Source: Vulcanimicrobiota bacterium
GTDB lineage: Bacteria; Vulcanimicrobiota; Vulcanimicrobiia; Vulcanimicrobiales; Vulcanimicrobiaceae
Assembly (NCBI GenBank): GCA_963777315.1
Contig: CAVZQC010000002.1
Location: 704,001-768,000, forward strand
Direction: 5' to 3'
Length of the DNA stretch: 64,000 nucleotides
Part shown: positions 50,801 through 59,186 of the stretch, piece after piece
Layout: every line of letters begins with the position of its first letter
Numbering within the stretch: the stretch's first letter is position 1
Position numbers and translations under genes: made by a program
Notes under the pieces: model-generated
Seen by the model: only the letters and a program-made list of their open reading frames with translations
What the model was told of the DNA's origin: nothing
Databases searched by the model: none

Positions 50801-51572
50801 CAACGGGATAACCGAAGGAAAGTTGACTCCGCTCGATCTTGTAGCGCTTGGCGCGGCTTCTATCATGACGATCGGCGAAACGATAGTGCATGACATCACG
50901 AAGCGCATCCTTTCGTACGAGCATTGCCCGGCTGCGTTTTGCACAGAGGCTGCGCCAGGTACGGCGGTTTTTGTCAGCGAGTCCTACTATACGATCGATA
51001 AAGAACTCGCCGTCGCGCTTCCGAACATCGAGAATGATTGGACGTTTGCGCTCGGAATCGTGAGCGCCGTGACGGGCACCCTCATCGTGGGCTTGGATTG
51101 CGAGTACACCGCGGGCAGCTTCTCGAGCGCGCAGCGGCTCTTACTGCAGTTGGACGCCGCGGCGAATTTCGGTTATCTTTCGGCGGCGATCGCAACGGCA
51201 GCGGGTTCGTCAGGCGTCGAAGATTTGGCGTTCGTGGTTCTGTGGCTCGTCGGCGTTACCCAGGCGGTGAACTATCTCAATCTTCCCCAGTACCGGCGCT
51301 CTCCGGTCGGCGCAATTACGTCCATCATCACGATTTTTGGACTTCTCAAAGTGCTCTTTGCGCAAACCTTCAGCAGCGCCCTCAGCGCACGCCAGGATGC
51401 CGAGATGTGGGGCACCGGTTCCATCTTAATCCTCGAACAAGTCTTAGGTGCTTTCATTCGCTACTACGTGCAAAAATCGCAGAAGAGCTTGCCGGGTACA
51501 TTGACCGCTGCCGCCATGGGCACGAAACTCGGGCTGGCCGTGACCAGGAACGTCGTCAACCGGTTTGGCTAG
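47853..51572 (+). CDS. Large (~1240 aa) Tat-signal hypothetical protein with hydrophobic C-terminal helices
   Basis: SD GGAGGG before ATG 47853; SRRHFI twin-arginine motif with hydrophobic stretch and ASA site; long uninterrupted ORF. Confidence 0.85.
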   Translation: MSLHELSRRHFITTASASAAALGLTEALGPAASASRLFNDPRLRILAQVPGAHGLELRFSAAAVQDRFAGAPLDQAFYETQAVAYRAGEGQPGLLYIPPADQSRSPGNQVVALTRNDASPTGWTKTVRELDSGDAFEQRAWITPYVLVRGGKDPKVFAYGTTGLHAASLKGGFGQFALVHRWDEELIWQGQPRYPLETTHGRLPDDAHYLLETNGHGSVNLRDIDSYQEIQLGAGAADMGGLLTQPLTILSGSPKGIFRCVISNQRNISFMTAMDEGYGGKLFNVTFEHIASWGGGNDILRSAVAIESGGWIGIAYTMDRQARAENGATSTDSRLYFRHGTYLPNSSGLPLLSEPAAYDVSFPDKKQRVFEVSCAAINAHDGGFDIVLHAGGALLSNGERDQLYLCTVKPNAANAVAIPLADGVASVFTPSTQLEFIRSDVASLGGNILGIVPQDVWTIRNFSQFDVKQITVPNPGAVKTQVVMRVGVSVYNNGLPVCGSPVDVLADTSTWATVGGKERLLNETRPVRGVTDFSGRLTIAMPVGTNLYVPDLIVKGENFAAKCHPSDYILHRALTLSATDLLKHSSDASNPDNQSSAASAAVALGNLRSTLPAVMPGRAQARGAAYRVLTDGSIGAEAYDGPMSFPEAKAADPSVVPNFTLDLQGGKLVASSSAVPVVIEADILDWLKDRANDVKDLATSGFRWASDEAVQLEHLAVKGATVLLGAVIDGAAFLFSGPLKGLTDLLGVTSAIFWLLDKAGFIIGRLDRWLLSGLIDWDKLGRTRDSVKSNMRQAFSTAMSRVDPLASMRSYASDLDSVRTAIDGALTKLQKNPSSARAQSSIPSMPSFLSVVLGNEDFRAVIEKLVDAISDFIPMPAGFSASGFSEAGESFLGDVVRLADAAAFSLDDFAQAVSSLIADGELFSAPLDPLLAILQRHIDAGLKASGGVLVDSGTLLSIGAKNASAVFDWLDTEIELPFLSGYYNGITEGKLTPLDLVALGAASIMTIGETIVHDITKRILSYEHCPAAFCTEAAPGTAVFVSESYYTIDKELAVALPNIENDWTFALGIVSAVTGTLIVGLDCEYTAGSFSSAQRLLLQLDAAANFGYLSAAIATAAGSSGVEDLAFVVLWLVGVTQAVNYLNLPQYRRSPVGAITSIITIFGLLKVLFAQTFSSALSARQDAEMWGTGSILILEQVLGAFIRYYVQKSQKSLPGTLTAAAMGTKLGLAVTRNVVNRFG

Positions 51573-51735
51573 CGTTGGTGCAAACCGGTCGGGGCGGTGA
51601 GAGCAAGTATCGCTTGCCCTTCATCATCGCTAAGCCGACGCCGTGCAACACCCAATGCTGGCGAACGCAGCCGGTTGCTCCCGACGCTGCATCATTGCGC
51701 GAGCCGCGCCCTCCTCCGCTTTAGTTTGGCCTAGA

Positions 51736-51955
51736 CCTCTAACCAAGTGGACGTGCTACTATCTCTACGCCATTGTATCTACGGCCGCTACGCCGTCGGG
51801 TGGATGGTCGCCAATCGCGAAAGTTCCGAGCTAGCACGCATCCTGCTCGGAGAAAGATTCGCAAGCAAGGTGCCGATCCCAACAAAATCATTGCGCACGC
51901 TCACCGAGCGAGTTCCCTCACAATAAATTCCATCGCTCGTCGCCCTCACTGCTCT
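51736..51955 (+). mobile_element. Decayed IS3-family OrfB (integrase core) fragment
   Basis: Frameshifted pieces KWTCYYLYAI / IYGRYAVGWMVANRESSELARILLGE / IRKQGADPNKIIAHAHRASS..RPHCS match the rve pattern YLYVILDxxSRxxVGW...HADRGS...SRP. Confidence 0.8.
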
Positions 51956-52429
51956 CGCCTGCGATCGGCCAGCAAGAGCGCGCGCTTTTCCCGAAGGCGG
52001 CAGATATGCGTTCTGATTTTGTGAAGCGCCGTCGCAATCGCTGCAGATCCTTTCGAAGGCGAGCCGATTTTGCCGACTCAAGATTCGCGGGACCACCACG
52101 CTTTTCCGAGCTTCGCCTTGCGCCAGCTGCTTGCGTCAATTCGAAAGCAACGAGCTGTACACGCCCTCACGGCGCGCCAGCGCCGCCCGCTCGAGCGCCG
52201 ATTCGGCTACTTCGTATGCCGCGAGTATCCGCGCCTTTGTTATCGGCGGTAAACGTGCGATGCTTTGTACTCGATCTCACTCCAGGGTTGGTTAACATGA
52301 ACGAGAGCCGTACTCGCGCTGATGAGTTGTTGGGGCTGGCTGTCATCCGCATAGAGACGGAAGCACTGGTTCCACTTCCCAGTAAAGTCGCTGCTGCAAG
52401 AGATATCAGGCCGCGGCGCTTCGGCTAAA

Positions 52430-53008
52430 CTAACCCCGGCGGTGCTGCGTGATCCCGATCGCCAGCAGCGGCAAATCCTCTTCCGGCAGAACGCCGGTGG
52501 ATTTTCCATCGATCTTGTGAACCCCGCCGAATTCCGAAAACTCGACGTGCGCGGGCAGCGTGAGATTGGGGAGCTGCTTCATTCCGTACGTTTCCCATTC
52601 GCAGCACACGTCCCGATCCTCGAAGAGCACGGCGACGTATCCGCTGCCGCCGACGTCGGAGTCCTCGTCGGGCGAGCGGTAGCGCACGTACCCGTCCATC
52701 TGGTAGATCGGCTTATACGTTTGCAAATAGGCGATGAACGGCGCAACGAGTACCGCCACGAAATACACCGCGAAACCCAGCGCGACGGCGCCGAACATCG
52801 GCGATAATATCCATAGGTCGTGCGGCGCGGTCACGCGAGCGCGCCAGATGATGCCGTACGTCAGCAAAGCAAAAAAAATCGCGCAGATCAGCGGCTCAAC
52901 GGCGATCGACATGCGGCCCGTGAGCCCGCGCCATACGATGCGGCGTTCCCGATCGGTCCAAGCGCGGCTCGCCAGCGAGCCCCGCTGCTGGATGCTGCGC
53001 AGTTTCAT
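52430..53008 (-). CDS. Hypothetical two-TM membrane protein
   Basis: ATG overlaps the stop of the upstream dehydrogenase; two TM helices then a soluble domain. Confidence 0.72.
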   Translation of the reverse strand: MKLRSIQQRGSLASRAWTDRERRIVWRGLTGRMSIAVEPLICAIFFALLTYGIIWRARVTAPHDLWILSPMFGAVALGFAVYFVAVLVAPFIAYLQTYKPIYQMDGYVRYRSPDEDSDVGGSGYVAVLFEDRDVCCEWETYGMKQLPNLTLPAHVEFSEFGGVHKIDGKSTGVLPEEDLPLLAIGITQHRRG

Positions 53009-54678
53009 CGTACTATATATTCCACGTTTTGCGCCTGCGGGCGCGCCCGCTCTACGATACCTGCAAGGTTTTGCGAGTCGGGCAGCGTGCCGAGCGTGCG
53101 TCCCCAACGCCCGGCCAATCGCGACTCGATGAACAGGTCGACGGCCCGATTGCCCGGATCTCGCTGCAGAAGCGCCGCCTGCCAGAGCAACGCCATGCGC
53201 TCCACGAGCGCGCGCGCCTGCGATTGAGCGCCGGTCTGATCCCGCAGCAGTTCGAACAGCGTGTTTGCCGCCGTGCGAATCCGACTATCGCTCAAGGCCG
53301 GTTCGATCTGCGCGCGATACGCGTCCAACGCCTGCGGCTCTTTTTCCAGCACGCGCAGGACGTCGAGCGCGTTGATGTTGCCGCAGCCTTCCCAGATCGA
53401 GTTGAGCGGCGCTTCGCGATACAGGCGCGGCATTCCCGAGTCTTCCACGTAGCCGTTTCCGCCCAGGCACTCGAGCGCTTCTCCTACGACGGTGGGACCC
53501 CGTTTGCAGACGTAGTACTTGCCCAGCGCCGTGCCCAACCGTTTGACGAGCGCTTCCTGCGGATCGGCATGCGCGGCGTCCACGGCCCGCGCGATGCGCA
53601 GCAGCAGCGTCATGGCCGCTTCGGACTCCAGCGCCAAATCAGCCAGGACGTTTTGCATGAGCGGCCACTCGATCAGCGTCTTTCCGAACGCACTGCGGTA
53701 TGCGGCGTGATGGATTGCCTGCGCGGTTGCCTGCCGCATGAGCGCGGCCGACCCGTTGATGCAATCCAGACGCGTGAGGTTGACCATCTCCACGATGCTG
53801 TGCACGCCTCGACCGGGCTCACCGACCAGCATGGCCCACGCGCCGTCAAGTTCGATTTCGCTCGAAGCATTGGAACGATTGCCCAGCTTGTCTTTCAGAC
53901 GCACGATCCGAATGCCGTTGCGCGAGCCGTCGGGCAGAACGCGCGGCATCAAAAAACACGTGAGACCTTCAGGCGTCTGCGCAAGCGTGAGAAACGCATC
54001 GCTCATCGGTGCCGAGCAAAACCACTTGTGACCCGTGAGGCGGTAGGCATCTCCGCTCTCCGTGTGCTCGGCAAAAACGGCGCGCATGCGATTGGCCCGC
54101 ACGTCCGAGCCGCCCTGTTTCTCCGTCATCGCCATTCCGCACAGCGCGCTGCGCTTTTGCGAAATGGGCCGCAGCTTGGGATCGTACTGCGCGGCGCACA
54201 GAAGCGGCTCCCATATCCGCGCGAGCTGCGGCTGCGCGCGCAAGGCCGGCACGCCGGCGTACGTCATCGATATCGGGCAGCCGTGCCCGGCTTCAACTTG
54301 TCCCCAAACGTAAAACTCAGCGGCGCGCACGGTGTGTGCGAGCGGATCGCCGCTGCTCCATGGCGCGCCATGCAGGCCGAATCGCGTTGCAACCGAGAGC
54401 AGCTGATGATAGTACGGATGATACTCGACGCGATCCAGCCGCCGGCCGTACCGGTCGTGCGTTTTGAGCTGCGGCGGATGTTCGTTGGCTTGACGCGCCC
54501 ACTCTTGCGCGTTCGCGCTGCCGGAAAGAGTTCCCAAATCGTCCAGCTCCGCAAAACGATTGCCGGCGCCCAATCGTTCGAGCGTTTCGACCAGCGCGCG
54601 GTCGCTGCGAAAGACGTTATAGTCCACCAGCTCGGGCGGCTGGTTGAGGACCTCGTCCTGTGGGAGCATGATGCTCAC
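53005..54678 (-). CDS. aidB: AidB-like acyl-CoA dehydrogenase
   Basis: VLNQPP, GHGCPISMTYA, MTEKQGGSDV, GHKWFCSAP, NSIWEG. Confidence 0.88.
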   Translation of the reverse strand: MSIMLPQDEVLNQPPELVDYNVFRSDRALVETLERLGAGNRFAELDDLGTLSGSANAQEWARQANEHPPQLKTHDRYGRRLDRVEYHPYYHQLLSVATRFGLHGAPWSSGDPLAHTVRAAEFYVWGQVEAGHGCPISMTYAGVPALRAQPQLARIWEPLLCAAQYDPKLRPISQKRSALCGMAMTEKQGGSDVRANRMRAVFAEHTESGDAYRLTGHKWFCSAPMSDAFLTLAQTPEGLTCFLMPRVLPDGSRNGIRIVRLKDKLGNRSNASSEIELDGAWAMLVGEPGRGVHSIVEMVNLTRLDCINGSAALMRQATAQAIHHAAYRSAFGKTLIEWPLMQNVLADLALESEAAMTLLLRIARAVDAAHADPQEALVKRLGTALGKYYVCKRGPTVVGEALECLGGNGYVEDSGMPRLYREAPLNSIWEGCGNINALDVLRVLEKEPQALDAYRAQIEPALSDSRIRTAANTLFELLRDQTGAQSQARALVERMALLWQAALLQRDPGNRAVDLFIESRLAGRWGRTLGTLPDSQNLAGIVERARPQAQNVEYIVR

Positions 54679-56045
54679 TCGGTTGCTGCGGGGACGATCT
54701 CCTGTCGGTGCGGACGCAGCGTGGCGGCGACGAGCAGAGCAAGCAGTGCCATTGCCGCAAAGGCCAGGTACGTCGTGCGGTATGCGGACGCGTCGGAAAG
54801 CGCGTGGCCCATGATGCCGCCGGCCAGCGAACCGCCCACGATCTGGCCCACGATCAAAAACTGGCTAAGCAGACCGATTGCGGTTGCGCGCGTTCGTTCG
54901 GTGGTTTGATTGGTCACGATGTAGCGGGTCGGAGCACCCAGCAATGCGCCGAAGCCGATGCCTGCAACGATCATTGCGAGCACCGACAGCGCCAGCGAGC
55001 CGAAACCCAGCGCGAAAATAACCAGACCGATTTCGGTCAACAGCGTTCCCACGATCAAAACGTCACGGCTGCCGATCCGATCCAAAGCACGCCCCGACGC
55101 CGGAATGACCGCTACGAATACGAATGCGCCGATTGCGGCGATGCCGCCCGCGGCTGCATACGAAAGATGCTGCGCGCCCACGAGAACCGCCGGAATGAAA
55201 AACAGAGAACCTTCCAATGCCCCGATGACGATTTCCAGCACGAACGTCTTGGCGAGCTGCGCGTTGGCAAAGAGCCTCGGCGGCACGACCGGAAATCGGC
55301 AAGCGCGTTCCCAGAGCCAAAAACCGGCCAAAACCAACACTCCGAAAACGATCGTAACGGGGTGAACGCCGCTGATGCCGTACATCAAAAACAGCAATCC
55401 AACCGAAAGCAGCAGCAGACCCGCGACGTCGAGCGGGCCGCGTTTGTGCGGCGCATTGGTGGGCACGTGCCGGATCGCCAGCAGCAAGACCGCAGCGGCA
55501 ATCGGAAAATTCGGCGCGAAGATCCAACGCCAGGAAATGAAGTGCGTGACCAATCCGCCGTAGAGCGGTCCAACTACCGCCGCCAATCCCCACGTTGCCG
55601 CAACCAGTCCTAATGCGGTGCCGCGCCGCCGGGGCGCAACGACGTCGCCGATGGCGGCAGTAGCGACCGGAAAGATGCCGCCTGCACCGAACGCTTGAAT
55701 TGCCCGCGCAAACAAAAACGTTCCATATCCGTGCGCGAGCACGGCAACGATGCTGCCCAGCGCGAAAATTGCAACGCACGCCATGTAAATAGGGCGGCGC
55801 CCATAGCGATCGGCCAGCGTGCTCATGACGGCGATGCCGACGATGTTGACGAGCAGATACAGCGTGAACACCCACGACAGATCGCCCATTGCGACTTCGA
55901 ACTGGCGGCCTAGTGCAGGCAGCGCGGGTGAGAGAACGCTCAAGTCCAGCGCGCCCAGGAAAACGCCGAGCCCGAGCGTGAGCAACAGCGGAAGCACAGA
56001 GCGGTCGAGCTTATGCCCCGCTACCGTTGCCGTTGCTTCAAGCAT
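54675..56045 (-). CDS. MFS transporter (DHA2-like)
   Basis: LADRYGRR motif A, WRWIF; about 14 TM helices. Confidence 0.9.
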   Translation of the reverse strand: MLEATATVAGHKLDRSVLPLLLTLGLGVFLGALDLSVLSPALPALGRQFEVAMGDLSWVFTLYLLVNIVGIAVMSTLADRYGRRPIYMACVAIFALGSIVAVLAHGYGTFLFARAIQAFGAGGIFPVATAAIGDVVAPRRRGTALGLVAATWGLAAVVGPLYGGLVTHFISWRWIFAPNFPIAAAVLLLAIRHVPTNAPHKRGPLDVAGLLLLSVGLLFLMYGISGVHPVTIVFGVLVLAGFWLWERACRFPVVPPRLFANAQLAKTFVLEIVIGALEGSLFFIPAVLVGAQHLSYAAAGGIAAIGAFVFVAVIPASGRALDRIGSRDVLIVGTLLTEIGLVIFALGFGSLALSVLAMIVAGIGFGALLGAPTRYIVTNQTTERTRATAIGLLSQFLIVGQIVGGSLAGGIMGHALSDASAYRTTYLAFAAMALLALLVAATLRPHRQEIVPAATE

Positions 56046-56048
56046 CCG

Positions 56049-56990
56049 CTAGAAAACGATCCGATCCAGCACCATGAACGCGCAGATCAGCGCCAAATAC
56101 AGCAGCGAAAACGTGAACAACCGGCGCGCGGCGGCCTTTCCTCGACCACGCTTGACGGCAATTGCGTTCGCGATGAAGACGGCTCCCAAAACCGCGGCGC
56201 CGGCCGCGTACAGCGGCCCCATGACGTGAAGCGGATAGTACAGCAGCAGTGAAACTACCGCCAAAATCACGCTGTAGACGAGTATCTCGAGTTTGGTACG
56301 CCGGTCGCCGTAGACGTTGGGATACATCGGTACGCGCGCTTTACCGTAATCCGTTTCCGTCATCAGCGCGAGTGCCCAAAAATGCGGCGGCGTCCACAAA
56401 AAGATCACGGCGAATAGTCCAAGCGCAGGTCCGCCCACGGAGTGTGCGACCGCCGCCCAGCCGACGAGCGGCGGAATCGCGCCTGCCGCGCCGCCGATGA
56501 CGATGTTCTGCGGCGTACGGCGCTTGAGCAGCATCGTGTAGATGACGACGTAATACACGTTCCCCGCAAGTGACAGCCAAGCCGCAAGATGGTCTACTCG
56601 CAGATAAAATATCGCAAACGACAGCACTCCCATGACGCAGGCGTGCGTGGTTGCCGCGAAAATGGAAAGCCGTCCGGCCGGAAGCGGCCGCGTTGCAGTA
56701 CGCCGCATGATGCGGTCGATGTCGACGTCGTAAATGCAGTTGAGCGCCCCGGCTGACATGGCCGCAAGGGCGCCGGCCAGCAGCGTCCATGCGACTAACT
56801 GCGCTGAAGGCAACCCGCCCTTGGCCATGACCATCGCCGCGGCCGTCGTGATCAGCAGCAAATACATAATGCGCGGCTTGCCGAGCTCGTAATAGTCGAT
56901 GGCGCGGCGCAGGAACGCTCCGGCGCGCGATTGCGCTGCGGCGGGCTCTGCGCCTACGATGGCGTCAACGCGCGTTAACGTACTGCTCAC
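56049..56990 (-). CDS. ctaB: Protoheme IX farnesyltransferase (heme o synthase)
   Basis: KPRI, DIDRIMRRTATRP, QNIVIGGAAG, WTPPHFWAL. Confidence 0.95.
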   Translation of the reverse strand: MSSTLTRVDAIVGAEPAAAQSRAGAFLRRAIDYYELGKPRIMYLLLITTAAAMVMAKGGLPSAQLVAWTLLAGALAAMSAGALNCIYDVDIDRIMRRTATRPLPAGRLSIFAATTHACVMGVLSFAIFYLRVDHLAAWLSLAGNVYYVVIYTMLLKRRTPQNIVIGGAAGAIPPLVGWAAVAHSVGGPALGLFAVIFLWTPPHFWALALMTETDYGKARVPMYPNVYGDRRTKLEILVYSVILAVVSLLLYYPLHVMGPLYAAGAAVLGAVFIANAIAVKRGRGKAAARRLFTFSLLYLALICAFMVLDRIVF

Positions 56991-57883
56991 GAATACCTGG
57001 GATTCCTTCGAGCGCCGCAAAGACCGCGGCGCAAACGAACGACAGGAAAACCAACGCGGCGTTGCCCGCATGCGCTTCGCGCAAATCGATCGGCAGCCGC
57101 AGCGCAACGTTGAGCAAGCCGAGCACGACCTGCACGAACACCAGCGCCAAACCCGCACTGGCCGCTAAGCGTACGCGGGCCGTCGCGCCCAGCGTCCACA
57201 CGAGCGCAAACGAAACAACGGCGCTCAGTAAGCATGCCGCCGCCACGAACCGGTGAAGCATCTGCACATACTGTCCGGCAGTATATACCACGACGTTGCC
57301 GGCACATCCCGGAACGTCGATGCACGCCAAGCCGGCTCCGCTCGAGCTGACGTACGCGCCCACGCACATCGTCACGAACGCAATGGCGGCTGTTCCCAAA
57401 AGCGAACCCAGAAGCCAGCCGCGCGCTCGGGCATGCAGGTCGCGCGTGGTGCGGCGCCCCGCCATGAACGCAAATATCGCCATCGTCGCCAGTGAACCCA
57501 CGAACGCCATGGCCGTACCCCAATGCCATACTACCGACATTGGGCTGTTGGAGAGATGCACGGTTGCCGCACCGAGGAAAACCTGCACTGCAAAAAGCGT
57601 CGCAACGACGGTGCCGGCCGGCGTAACGAACGCCGCGGCTTTGCGAAGCCGCCAGGCGCTTGTTAGAACGGCGAGCACAAGCAACGACAGAACGGCTGCA
57701 ATGACGCGATGCGTCCACTCCCACACCGTGCCGCCGCCCATGGACGGAATGAACTCACCGTGACAGAGCGGATAGTCCGGACACGTCATACCCGCGCCGT
57801 TGATGCGAGTCCAGCTGCCCAGCATGACCTCGCCGTACGCTACGATGACGGCAGCTGAGGCTCAGCCGCCCAAGAATAGACAA
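56965..57883 (-). CDS. ctaA: Heme A synthase (COX15/CtaA) with 1-nt frameshift near 57856
   Basis: GMTCPDYPLC, EWTHR, and a second Cys pair with HR. SD AGGAGG precedes TTG 57883, which is one base out of frame with the body. Confidence 0.88.
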
Positions 57884-57949
57884 TCCGACAGCCTCCTAGA
57901 CTTTAAAGTCTATCGGGATGAACGCGGGGCGGCAACGACTTTGTCGCTG

Positions 57950-58684
57950 TCAGCAGCCGGCAAGGGCGCCGTCGACGTGCGCCGCGGCGTGGCTTTCGTC
58001 CTGGACGATGTCGGGTACGCGTTTTTGAAAGTCGTCCGCTGCTGCGCGGGCGTACTCGGTTGCCGTCGGCTCGTTGGGGTCGTGCCCCATGTGCGGATGC
58101 ATAGGCGACCACGGGAGACCGTTTTTGTCGCGAACTTGAAAATCCGTGGGCATTTGCGCGAGCGGATCGTCGACCCCGAAGACCGAGTGATTTAACTTCT
58201 GGTCGGCTTCGCTCCACTGAGCCATCTCGTGAAAGTCTTCGTACGCCAAATAGCCGTTGAGATCGCGCGCGACCTTTTGCTGGCGCCACAGCGCGCCGCC
58301 CAGTTCGTCGGCGAAGGCTTTGAGATCCTTTCCTTCTTGCGCGTCCTTACTGCTCGCGGCCATCGCGCGCAGCCGCTTGACTTCGTCGTCGGCGGCACGG
58401 GATTGCTGCGTGAGCGTTTTGGCGAGATCGCCCAGCTGCGTGAATCCGTTGCGGCGGTGAATGGGGTTGCCGTCGTCCAGATTGAGCAGCCGAAGCATGG
58501 TGATCGTTTTCCCGATGACCATGTCGTTGTCGAGGGTCGAGCCGATGGCGCTGTTGGCGTGCGTGATGACCTCTGCGCAGCGCGACGATGCGCGTACGCT
58601 CGCAATCGTTTTGAGTACCGGCGTTGCGGTGGGCTGCGGCGTGGGAGCGGCCAAAACCGCCATCACCAAAATAGGCGCGAGCAT
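57950..58684 (-). CDS. Secreted helical hypothetical protein
   Basis: Short signal peptide, Pro/Thr linker, LKTIASVRA; one Cys near each end. Confidence 0.75.
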   Translation of the reverse strand: MLAPILVMAVLAAPTPQPTATPVLKTIASVRASSRCAEVITHANSAIGSTLDNDMVIGKTITMLRLLNLDDGNPIHRRNGFTQLGDLAKTLTQQSRAADDEVKRLRAMAASSKDAQEGKDLKAFADELGGALWRQQKVARDLNGYLAYEDFHEMAQWSEADQKLNHSVFGVDDPLAQMPTDFQVRDKNGLPWSPMHPHMGHDPNEPTATEYARAAADDFQKRVPDIVQDESHAAAHVDGALAGC

Positions 58685-58745
58685 AATTCCCTACAAGAAT
58701 GCACCCAAAGGGCGTAGCGTGACAACACCTCGAACGCCCCCGCTC

Positions 58746-59177
58746 GTGAAGCGACTCTGGCCCCTGCTTGCCTTGGCACTGCTCGCCGGATGCCGCGACG
58801 TACGCGTGCAGACACTGCGCGCCGGCACGACTCCCATCGTGGGCGGCAACGAGATCGTCGTCGTTCGCGACACCCCCTCGCTTGAACGCTTGGGGATTCG
58901 CGCTCCCGTGCGCTATCGCAACGAGTTCGGCGTGGTGCTGCTGATGGGGCCGCACGACCGCAGCGGCTACAAGCAAGTCATCGAATCGATTCGCGCCAAT
59001 CCCGACGGCGTGCGGATCGTCGCGTTCGAACAAGCGCCGGCGGACGGAGGCGAACCTTCCTCCAAATACCGCACCTTCACGTTGTGGATCGTTCCCAACG
59101 CCGTGTACCGGCGCGGGATCGAAGTGAACGTCGTGACGCCTTCCGACGCGCCCGTAGCGTCCACCACGCTACCGTAG
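58746..59177 (+). CDS. Lipoprotein (PrcB C-terminal-like domain)
   Basis: Lipobox LAGC; LLMGPHDRSGY resembles the PrcB_C motif; start uncertain (58719 or 58746). Confidence 0.65.
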   Translation: MKRLWPLLALALLAGCRDVRVQTLRAGTTPIVGGNEIVVVRDTPSLERLGIRAPVRYRNEFGVVLLMGPHDRSGYKQVIESIRANPDGVRIVAFEQAPADGGEPSSKYRTFTLWIVPNAVYRRGIEVNVVTPSDAPVASTTLP

Positions 59178-59186
59178 TTCGAATCG

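Noticed and set aside
51960..52428. ORFs in the right island flank (e.g. 52006-52428)
   Set aside because: No recognisable motif, RBS or coding bias; probably degraded DNA.
53029..54909. Long alternative ORFs (626 aa here; also 59291-61123, 27333-29000, 35812-37362)
   Set aside because: They are antisense or off-frame shadows of well-supported genes, typical of high-GC DNA, with Arg/Ala-rich composition and no motifs.
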